A stretch of DNA of 64,000 bases, from the NCBI GenBank assembly GCA_963695385.1, contig OY968780.1, positions 363,339 to 427,338 on the forward strand, given 5' to 3'. The translations under genes and the position numbers were made by a program. The notes beneath the pieces were generated by a model. The model ran no database searches. It saw only the letters and a program-made list of their open reading frames with translations, and was not told the origin of the DNA. How positions within the stretch are numbered: the stretch's first letter is position 1; each line of letters starts with the position of its first letter. Positions 22,136-29,994 of this stretch are shown in pieces. Source of the stretch: an uncultured Coriobacteriia bacterium. Lineage in GTDB: Bacteria; Actinomycetota; Coriobacteriia; Anaerosomatales; PALSA-660.

Positions 22136-22786
22136 CTAGCCTTCGTCCTTCGCGGGCGTCTCGATCCAGGCAAACATCAGCTTCGTCGGAGCGACTCCGT
22201 GGATGTTGGCCAGGTACACGTGCACCATGGTGAACAGGATCAGGATCCACATGCCGAAGTAGTGGATCAGGCGCATCGTCATCAGACCCCCCACGGCCTC
22301 CAGCCCCGCGTTGAAGAACGGCCAGATCGACCACTGCGTGGCTGGTCCGTAGATCGCGAATCCGGTGTAAGCCATCAGGTAGGTGATCGGGACCGTGGCC
22401 AGATAAGAGATCTTCTGGAGTGGCCCGTACTTACCCGATATGACGTGCTCCTTGCGCAGGAACAGGTAGAACTTCACGTTCTCCCAGAACTGGTGTCGGT
22501 TCTCCTCCTGCGGCAACCAGTTCTTGACGTCGACCTCCTTCTCGCGCGATCCGAGAAGGACCGCGTCCTTCACCCAGAACGACAGGATGATCCGCGCTGT
22601 CAGGTTCACCACGACCAGATACATCAGCACGAAGTGGATGGCGCGGGCTCCCTGCATGGTCCATGCGAAGAACGGATAGTGGATGTAGAAGCCCGTGAAG
22701 GCGAGTCCGATGATGCAGATCAGGTTCACCCAGTGGATCATCACGAATACCAGCGGGTGCGCCTCACGATAGTGTCCGTGGGACAT
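22136..22786 (-). CDS. Ni/Fe-hydrogenase b-type cytochrome subunit (HyaC-like)
   Basis: Four TM helices with conserved His residues (HWVNL, RAIHFV, RLIHYF, MVHVYL). ATG 22786 lies 5 nt after the extended large-subunit stop and is preceded by AGGTGA. The ORF-track start at TTG 22873 is only the alternative frame of the large-subunit tail. Confidence 0.85.
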   Translation of the reverse strand: MSHGHYREAHPLVFVMIHWVNLICIIGLAFTGFYIHYPFFAWTMQGARAIHFVLMYLVVVNLTARIILSFWVKDAVLLGSREKEVDVKNWLPQEENRHQFWENVKFYLFLRKEHVISGKYGPLQKISYLATVPITYLMAYTGFAIYGPATQWSIWPFFNAGLEAVGGLMTMRLIHYFGMWILILFTMVHVYLANIHGVAPTKLMFAWIETPAKDEG

Positions 22787-22791
22787 GTCGA

Positions 22792-24426
22792 TCACCTGCC
22801 TGCGGGCTTCGACATCACGAACGAGGACTTCTTTGTCTTGGGTTCTATCAACTGAACCCCGCAGCCGATTCAAGGATCGAAGCTGTGGATGATACGCAGG
22901 GCCTCGAGGGGCTTCTCGACGTCCGCCACCGGCGCGCCCACGAGCGCTTCCTCCAGAGGTCCTCGGACGCCCTTGGCGTCACGGGGACAACAGTCCCAAG
23001 TAGAGGGCGAGACAACCTGGTAGTTGGCGATCTTCCCATCCTTGATGTCGATCCAGTGGGCCACCGACCCGCGGGGCGCCTCCCACAGGCCGGCCCCGGC
23101 GCCGTTCGCCTCGACAGGCTCGGTGAAGAACTTCGCCTCGCCACCCTTGATCGCCGAGACGAGCTCGCCTATCCACTTTCCCATCTCATCGGCGATGAAC
23201 TTGGTCTCCAGGTTGCGTGCTGCGACGCGGCCCAACAGGGAGATCAGGACTTCCGGCTTCCCGGCCACTCCCAGCGCTGAGAGCGTGGTGTCGATCAGGG
23301 CCGTGACCTCGGGCACGCCGGAGAGGTACGCAACCAGCATGCGGGAGAGGGGGCCGACCTCCATCGGCTTCTCATTGAGGCGCGGCGCCTTGATCCACGA
23401 GTACTGAGCGGCCGTGTCATACGAGGTGAACTTCGCCTGGGTCTGTCCTTGGGCGGGATTGAGGCCCGAGGGGGAGGAGTACCAAGAGCGCTCGACGTAC
23501 TCCTTGACCTGCTTGACGTCGGGGTCGACGACCTGCAGCTTCCCGTCGAAGATGGCTCCTCGAGGCAGCACGCGCTTCTTGGGGTCGAGACTCTGAGACT
23601 CGAACACGCCCCAGGACAGGAAGTTCTTGCAGCCCTGCCCGTAGCCCGCGGCGTCGATGTAGTAAGGGGCGATCGCCAAGGTGTCGGGGATCATCGTGTT
23701 GGTGACCCAGTCGCTGACGCGTTGCCATCTGTAGAGGACATCATCGAGCTTCTCTTCCGTGGGCATCCAGGCGGTGCCCCCGGGCAGAGAGGTCATGAAA
23801 TGCGGGAACTTGCCGCCCATCACGGCGATGATCGCGGCCGCCTCGGCCTGCATCTCGAGCGCCTCGAGGTAGTGAGCCACGGCGATGAGGTTCAGCTCCG
23901 GGGGGAGCTTCATCGCGGGATGACCCCAGTAACCGTTCGTGAAGATGGACAGCTGCCCGCCGTCGACGAACGCCTTCACTCGCCTCTGGATCGCGCCGAA
24001 GTCCGCCGTGCTCGTTCCGGCCTTCTCGGCCAAGGCGTACGTGTCGGCGATGTTGGCCTTCAACGCGGAGACGACGTCGACGTAGTCCAGCGCAGTGAGC
24101 GTGTAGAACCACAGGATGTGGCTGTGGAGGGACTCGGCGCCCTCGATGATGTTGCGCACGATGCGGGCACCGTCGGGCGGGGTCAGTTTGAGCGCGTCCT
24201 CCGTCGCCTTGGTGGAGGCATGCCCGTGCGGTATGGGACACACGCCGCATATGCGTTGCGCCACGTAGAAGGCGTCCGCGGGTGCTCGACCCTTCAGCAC
24301 GGTCTCCATGCCGCGGTAGAGGCTGCCCGAGGACCAGGCGTCGGTGATCTTGCCGTCGACCACTTCGCATTCGACGCGAAGGTGGCCCTCGATCCTGGTG
24401 ACGGGGTCGATGATCGCTCTGGCCAT
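22792..24426 (-). CDS. [NiFeSe] hydrogenase large subunit, with TGA 22872-22870 read as selenocysteine (544 codons)
   Basis: The N-terminal RICGVCPIPH (RxCGxCxxxH) motif is present. The C-terminus reads HSFDP-TGA-IGCGVQ, so TGA replaces the first Cys of DPCxxCxxH. The frame then stays open for 25 more codons to TGA 22794-22792. ATG 24426 overlaps the small-subunit stop (TGATG). Confidence 0.8.
22840..22859 (-). promoter_or_regulatory. candidate bacterial SECIS hairpin
   Basis: On the minus strand, GGGUUC-AGUUGAUA-GAACCC forms a 6-bp stem with an 8-nt loop containing GU. It begins 10 nt 3' of the in-frame UGA. Confidence 0.45.
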
Positions 24427-25568
24427 CAGATATCGCCTCCCTTCGTGCTCTTGTGTTTCTTGTCCCAGGCCTTCTCGGTCTCGATCGGCGGACCCGACGT
24501 ACGGCCCGCGGCGGCAGATGCGATGCCATGTACCGCCAGACCGACGACCGCCGCACCACCGACTACGACCCCGACGGTCTCCGGCCGTACTCCGCCAAGA
24601 CCCGGCAAGCTGACATTGGTCATCCTCGACAGGAACGGTGCGTCGTTGTCGACCCAGTTGAGGTTGCCGCACCCGATGCAGGGGGAGCCGGACTCGACGC
24701 ACCAGCTGGCGCGGCGGTTCCAGCGCACCCTCGGGCAGTCGGTGAAGGTCTGCGGGCCCTTGCAGCCCATCTTGTAGAGACACCAGCCGTTGACCTCGGC
24801 CTGCGTCCCGAACTGCTCGACGAACTCGCCGTTCTCGAAGTGCCCTCGCCTCGGGCAGTTGTCGTGGATGCTCGAGCCGAAGATCAGGGTCGGACGGTTG
24901 TGGTCGTCCATGGCCGGCAGCTTGCCCAGCATCAACACGTCGATGACCACCGCCACGATCCACTCGGGGTTGACCGGGCAGGTCGGCAGGTTGATGGTCT
25001 TGGCCGCAAGCTCGGGCATGAAGTCGAGCACGCCCTTGCCGCCGGCCGGGTTCGGGTTGGCCCGCACCCACCCTCCGTCGACCGCGCAGGAGCCGACGCA
25101 CACGACGGCGTCGGCCTTGGGAGCGATCTCTTTGAGGATATCCACGCCCGTCCTGCCGCCGATCCTGAGCGTGTTGCCGCCTTCTCCGGTCATGACGGCG
25201 CCCTCGGCGATGAGTATGTAGCCGCCATCGGCGACCGTCTTGGCCATGGCGTCCTCGGCCTGCTTGCCGGCCGCCGCCGATATGGTCTCGATGTAGTTGA
25301 CCGAGAGCAGATCGAGCACGACCGTGGCCACGTCGGGTGTGTCGACCTGTGCCAGGGACTCGGTGCAGCCCGTGCACAGTCCCATGTCGAACCATATGGC
25401 GGGCTTGAGCCTGGCGCCCTTCTCGACCGCGGAGGCTATCTGAGGGACATACATCTCGGACAGACCCAGCAGAGCCGCGACGGACCCGCAGTACTTCATG
25501 AAGTCGCGGCGGGACACTCCCCGTGCCGCGAGCAGGTCGTCGATCTCGTCACGCGTTCCCTTCGCCAT
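24426..25568 (-). CDS. [NiFe]/[NiFeSe] hydrogenase small subunit, paralog 2 (Tat signal, C-terminal TM anchor), in an operon with the large subunit and cytochrome b
   Basis: ATG 25568 lies 8 nt after AAGGAGG. The Tat motif is SRRDFMKY. The core is identical to paralog 1 except for one K/R change, while the N-terminal 8 aa and the C-terminal roughly 60 aa differ. Confidence 0.9.
   Translation of the reverse strand: MAKGTRDEIDDLLAARGVSRRDFMKYCGSVAALLGLSEMYVPQIASAVEKGARLKPAIWFDMGLCTGCTESLAQVDTPDVATVVLDLLSVNYIETISAAAGKQAEDAMAKTVADGGYILIAEGAVMTGEGGNTLRIGGRTGVDILKEIAPKADAVVCVGSCAVDGGWVRANPNPAGGKGVLDFMPELAAKTINLPTCPVNPEWIVAVVIDVLMLGKLPAMDDHNRPTLIFGSSIHDNCPRRGHFENGEFVEQFGTQAEVNGWCLYKMGCKGPQTFTDCPRVRWNRRASWCVESGSPCIGCGNLNWVDNDAPFLSRMTNVSLPGLGGVRPETVGVVVGGAAVVGLAVHGIASAAAGRTSGPPIETEKAWDKKHKSTKGGDI
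24623..25545. repeat. 923-bp direct repeat, copy B (core of small-subunit gene)
   Basis: See copy A (17784-18706). There are 12 mismatches, 11 synonymous and 1 K/R. Confidence 0.9.
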
Positions 25569-26262
25569 CCCATACACCTCCTTGCGCTTCCAGAAGTCCA
25601 GCGTCACATGCATACCGGTCCTCACGATCGTTGCCGCGCGAAAGGCCGATCACGCCGATCCCCCCTCTCACTCCGGCAGACGATTGGGATGGATACGAAC
25701 GGAGGCGGGACCTGGAACGCCGCCCGATCCGGCGAGCGACCCGGAATGCGACGGCGTGGGACCGGATGCGGTTCGGGGGCGGGGCAGGGTCCGGTAGCGC
25801 GCGGGCAGACCTGCCCGAGAAGGACGTCAAGGGGCGGGTGAGGACGCGGATGGCCGTGCGTCGTTGCGGTGCCCCTCCGCATGACCAACCACGCCGACCT
25901 CGCGCCCGATGCCTTGATGACAAATGCCCATCGGTGCTGCCCCCTGTGAGGAATCCCCGCGCGCCGAGCATACAACACGTAATGGATGATTCACCTTCCG
26001 CTATTGGATACCCAAAAAGGAACCCGTACGGGCGGGTAGAGTACACAATGCCGCCCGCCGTGAATGCAAAGCGATCGGCGCCGGGTCCCGCGGGCGGTCT
26101 GCGTGCGCGGCAGGATAGAGCCCGCTGGCGTCGAAGTGGTAGGACAGCCACTTGGGATGCGTCTCTCCGGCGGGGGTCTGGAACGGGTCGGCGGATCTTG
26201 TGTGGGCATCGCCATGCCTTGTGGCCATGCCGTTGCTGCGGGAGGAGGTGCGTGTGTCTTCC

Positions 26263-26514
26263 ATGTCATCCGGGCTCGTCATCGACATCAGAGGGCTCAC
26301 GCCGGCGTTTCGACGGCCGCTCCTGTTCACGGTCATCGACAAGATGATCGACGTCGGCTGCACCGAGAGGCTCATGGTGATCAGCGACCATGAACCTGCG
26401 GGCCTCGTATATCAGATGGAACTCCGCAAGGAGACCAGAGGGCTCTTCGAGTTCTCATATGACCAGAGGCTGGACGGAGCGTGGGTGGCCATCATCCGGC
26501 GTCGGAGCGTCTGA
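26263..26514 (+). CDS. DUF2249 domain protein
   Basis: The pattern VIDIRGL.P..R.PL.F..ID.......L.VI.DHEP..L.YQ....... fits my memory of DUF2249. The start could instead be GTG 26254. Confidence 0.65.
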   Translation: MSSGLVIDIRGLTPAFRRPLLFTVIDKMIDVGCTERLMVISDHEPAGLVYQMELRKETRGLFEFSYDQRLDGAWVAIIRRRSV

Positions 26515-26540
26515 GGGATCCGGACGGGCTGCGAGAAAGG

Positions 26541-27260
26541 CTAGGCGGTCCCGTAGCTCTCGCCGTCGGGCAGGTCCCCTGTCAGGCGCGGCAGCAGATC
26601 CGCCAGGTCGTCGAGATCGCCGTGCCAATCCGCGTGGACCGCTGTATCGGGGCCGACGTAGAAGGTACGCATCCCCGTGTCGGCGGCCGGCATGTCAAGG
26701 AAGCGATCGTCGCCGACCATCAGACACTCCGAGGGCGAGCATCCGACCATCGCCGCGGCTTCCCGGAAGTACTCGGGCTGGGGTTTGCACGCGTGCATGT
26801 TCTCGTAGGTGGTGAGAATCTCCAGGCCCTCGTTCTCGAGGCCGGCCCACGCCAGTCTTGCCTCGATCGCGCGCCTGGGAAAGATCGGCTGAGTGGCCAC
26901 GACGACTTCGACGCCCACGGCTCGCGCGGTATCGACGGCGCGCAGGGCGCCCTTGGCCGGTCGCCCTCCGTCGCCGAGAGCGGGGAAATCCTCCACATAG
27001 AATCTCTCGAAGACGTCCCAATGCTCGTCCATGTCCACGCCCGTGCGCGCCACGAAGTCCTGGTTGAACACCTGCCTGTTCGTGCGACCGGGATGCGGTA
27101 GCTGCATCGCTTCGGTGGAGGCGATCACGGCCGGCATGACTCCGGCGCCCGGGAAATGACGCTCGGCGACCGAACCGAGCGCGGCGAAGTACCGGCGCAG
27201 GAACGCGCCCAGATCGATGTCCAGCAATGTGCCGTCAAGGTCGAACAGTATGGCGCGCAC
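26541..27260 (-). CDS. HAD-superfamily hydrolase
   Basis: Motif I is ILFDLDGTLLD and the C-terminal motif is MVGDD. GTG 27260 (9 nt after AGGAG) places the start just before motif I. The ORF-track start is 27308. Confidence 0.8.
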   Translation of the reverse strand: MRAILFDLDGTLLDIDLGAFLRRYFAALGSVAERHFPGAGVMPAVIASTEAMQLPHPGRTNRQVFNQDFVARTGVDMDEHWDVFERFYVEDFPALGDGGRPAKGALRAVDTARAVGVEVVVATQPIFPRRAIEARLAWAGLENEGLEILTTYENMHACKPQPEYFREAAAMVGCSPSECLMVGDDRFLDMPAADTGMRTFYVGPDTAVHADWHGDLDDLADLLPRLTGDLPDGESYGTA

Positions 27261-27422
27261 CGGTCGGGACTCCTGTTCGGTCGTCCGGGAACGCGGACAT
27301 GGTATCACCGTCCGATGGCGCGGGCCGTTCGGCGCGGTCGACCCCGGTCGATGACGGACGGGCGGACGATTCAGTCCAGAGCGTGTCTCAAGTCACAATC
27401 ACGGGAGTCCGATACAGCCGAT

Positions 27423-28121
27423 ATGAATATTCTGCAGACGCCGGGCAACATCGTGTCGAAACTCAGGTCGCTGCCCATGTTCACGGACCTCGACGAGAAC
27501 GCCGTGCAGGCGCTCGCCGGGATGGTGACCTACAGGCAGGTTCATCGGGGCGAGTTCATCGTCAGCCAGAACGAGCCTGGAGCCACGATGTATCTTCTTG
27601 TCTCCGGCCGGGTGAAGGTCTCTCTCGCATCCCCCGACGGCAAGGAACTCGCCCTGTCGTACCTGACGGCGCCGGGTCACTTCGGCGAGATGAGCCTCGT
27701 CGATTCCGGTCCGCGGTCGGCCGACGTGATCGCCATGTGCGACGTGGAGGTCCTGGCGATCGAGTCGAGGGACCTCGCGGCCGCGATCCGCGTGCAGCCG
27801 AAGCTGGCGCTGTCCATGATAGCCACGCTGTCCAGGCGACTCCGGGAGACGATATCGCGCCTGGAGGACATGGCTTTTCACGATGCGACTCACCGCATAA
27901 TGCGCGTTCTCCTCAACGTCGCCACCGCGTCGTACGAGGCACGCGGCGTCCCCGTTATCGCGGGACTGACGCACTACGAGATCGCCACATTGGGCGGTAC
28001 CTCCCGTGAGACGGCGAGCCGGATCATCTCCAGCCTGGTCAAGGAGGGAGTGCTCGCCACGAAGGGCAGGCGGATAGTGGTGGACCTGCTCCAGATGCGC
28101 GAGCGCCTGAAGACGGAGTAG
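27423..28121 (+). CDS. Crp/Fnr-family transcriptional regulator
   Basis: A cNMP-binding beta-barrel (GEFIVSQNEPGATMYLLVSGRVKV ... FGEMSL) and a C-terminal HTH (THYEIATLGGTSRETASRIISSL). No N-terminal Cys cluster, so it is not a classical FNR. Confidence 0.85.
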   Translation: MNILQTPGNIVSKLRSLPMFTDLDENAVQALAGMVTYRQVHRGEFIVSQNEPGATMYLLVSGRVKVSLASPDGKELALSYLTAPGHFGEMSLVDSGPRSADVIAMCDVEVLAIESRDLAAAIRVQPKLALSMIATLSRRLRETISRLEDMAFHDATHRIMRVLLNVATASYEARGVPVIAGLTHYEIATLGGTSRETASRIISSLVKEGVLATKGRRIVVDLLQMRERLKTE

Positions 28122-28164
28122 GGCGCCCCGGGGCGGGATTCCCGGGATCATGCACCACAAGACA

Positions 28165-28198
28165 GAGATCGGGCCCTCGAACGGCGGCCCGATTTCTC
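28165..28198 (+). terminator. candidate intrinsic terminator after the Crp-family gene
   Basis: An 11-bp stem (GAGATCGGGCC ... GGCCCGATTTC, including one G-U pair) followed by TTTCTC. Confidence 0.5.
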
Positions 28199-28321
28199 GC
28201 GCCCCGGCCCTCCAGCGGCGACCCGATCCCTCTCGCGCCCGGGCCTGTTTCGGGGTCGGTCGAGACAGGTATGAACTCCGATGCCCGGCGCTCCGCGTCG
28301 CGGCTACACCGGGGAGGATGC

Positions 28322-28549
28322 ATGAAGGACTTCACTGCCAAGGATCTCGCGGCCTTCGACGGGCGCAACGGGAATCCGGCCTATGTCGCCTACAACGGGG
28401 TCGTCTACGACGTCTCGAACAGCGGCATGTGGGCAGGGGGCGACCACGAAGGCATGCACCAGGCGGGGCAGGACCTCACCAGCGACCACGATGATGCCCC
28501 CCACGACGTGCTGGTGACCGGCTTCCCGGAGGTCGGACGGCTCGTCTGA
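28322..28549 (+). CDS. cytochrome b5-like heme/steroid-binding domain protein (small, soluble)
   Basis: FTAKDLAAFDGRNG.PAYVAYNGVVYDVS......G.H resembles the cyt-b5/MAPR-like fold signature. ATG 28322 follows GGGGAGGA. Confidence 0.65.
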   Translation: MKDFTAKDLAAFDGRNGNPAYVAYNGVVYDVSNSGMWAGGDHEGMHQAGQDLTSDHDDAPHDVLVTGFPEVGRLV

Positions 28550-28580
28550 CGATTCTCGGCTTCCGCAGGCATCGCGCGCG

Positions 28581-29882
28581 CTAGTCCCGGTCGAACACGG
28601 CCACCGTTTCGACGTGGTAGGTCTGCGGGAACAGGTCGATCGGCGTCGCGCGCACGAAGGTGTATCCGAGCGCGCGCAGACGCGAGACGTCGCGGGCCAG
28701 CGTGGCCGGGTCGCAGGACACATACACTATCCTGCGTGGGCTGCATGCGGCGAGCGCGACCGCGACTTCCTCGGCCATCCCGGATCTTGGGGGATCGACC
28801 ACCGCGAGGTCGAAGGACCCCGCGTCGGGAAGGAGACGCGCCGCATCTCCCGGCGAGACGTCCGCCTCCACTCCGGCCGTCTCGAGATTGCGACGCAGGT
28901 CGCGCACGCAGGAGCCGGCCGATTCCATGGCGACGAGCTCGCCGGCCTCCTGTGCGAGCGGCAGCGTGAACGTCCCGACTCCGGCGTAGACGTCCAGCAC
29001 GCGGTCCGACCCACTCGGGGCGAGTTCCTCGACGACGAGCGCGGCCATCCGCTCCGCGACCTTCGTGTTCACCTGGAAGAACGAGGGCGCCGAGACCCGG
29101 AATTCCAGGTCGCCCATCTTCTCACGCCAGTATCCGTGCCCCGAGAGCACCTCGACCTTGCTCACGTCGCGTGACTTGACGTCTCCGCGGACCAGGACGC
29201 GGGTGAGCGAGTCGAATCGCACGGCGCTCGAGAGCGTGTGCCGGGCCGTGGCGCGCGGGAACGGTCCGGGCGCCGCCCAGAGGGCCACCTCGACACTGGG
29301 GGTGTTCGCGGCCACCCGTATCGCCACGCGATGGAGGTCAAGCGGGCCGCCGCGCGAGAGATAGCGCAACGCGCCCCGGAGCGACTTGGGAAACGAGCGG
29401 CACTTCTCGGGCAGGAGGAGGCAACTGTCGATCGCCACGATCCTCTGGGAGCGCGCTGCCGCCAGTCCCAGGACAAGGCCTCCCCGGGCGTCGGAGTCGG
29501 CCGTTAGTTCGATCTTGTTGCGGTACCCGTAGGCCTGTCCTCCCGACACCGTCTCCGCGACCAGCGGCTCCGCGACGTGGCCGATGCGGTTCAGCGCGTC
29601 GGCCACGGCATGACGCTTCGCCTCCGCCTGGGCCGCATGCGACACGTGCTGCCACTGGCATCCGCCGCACTCGCCGAAATACGGGCAGGGCGGCGTCCTT
29701 CGCTCCGGCGAAGGCGTCAGCACCTCGGTCACACGCGCGTTGATGTACCTTTCGTGCTCGGCGGTCACGGCGGCCGAGACGGTGTCACCCGGGCAACCGC
29801 CCGAGACGAAGACGGTCCTGCCGTCCTCGGCCCGTGCGATGGCGTCTCCCCCGTAGGCGAGGGATTCGATCGCAAGGGTCAT
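28581..29882 (-). CDS. 23S rRNA (uracil-5-)-methyltransferase RumA/RlmD family (TRAM domain plus 4Fe-4S plus SAM methyltransferase)
   Basis: A Cys cluster (CPYFGECGGCQWQH), the SAM motif VLDVYAGVGTF, and C-terminal DPPRSG and YVSCDP motifs. Confidence 0.85.
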   Translation of the reverse strand: MTLAIESLAYGGDAIARAEDGRTVFVSGGCPGDTVSAAVTAEHERYINARVTEVLTPSPERRTPPCPYFGECGGCQWQHVSHAAQAEAKRHAVADALNRIGHVAEPLVAETVSGGQAYGYRNKIELTADSDARGGLVLGLAAARSQRIVAIDSCLLLPEKCRSFPKSLRGALRYLSRGGPLDLHRVAIRVAANTPSVEVALWAAPGPFPRATARHTLSSAVRFDSLTRVLVRGDVKSRDVSKVEVLSGHGYWREKMGDLEFRVSAPSFFQVNTKVAERMAALVVEELAPSGSDRVLDVYAGVGTFTLPLAQEAGELVAMESAGSCVRDLRRNLETAGVEADVSPGDAARLLPDAGSFDLAVVDPPRSGMAEEVAVALAACSPRRIVYVSCDPATLARDVSRLRALGYTFVRATPIDLFPQTYHVETVAVFDRD

Positions 29883-29994
29883 CGTCTGATCCACGTGGCC
29901 TCCAGTCGGCGCGTGCGGGCGGACGCCTCCGGCCCCGAGGTTGGCCGGGGCTCTCAGATGATAGGGCAAGGTACACCGCGGCGGCGTGTCCTGT

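Noticed and set aside
22787-22873. The ORF-track start of the cytochrome b gene at TTG 22873, which adds MNRLRGSVDRTQDKEVLVRDVEARRQVID.
   Set aside because: These 29 codons are the alternative frame of the large-subunit selenocysteine read-through tail. The conserved cytochrome b N-terminus starts at ATG 22786, which has its own AGGTGA RBS.
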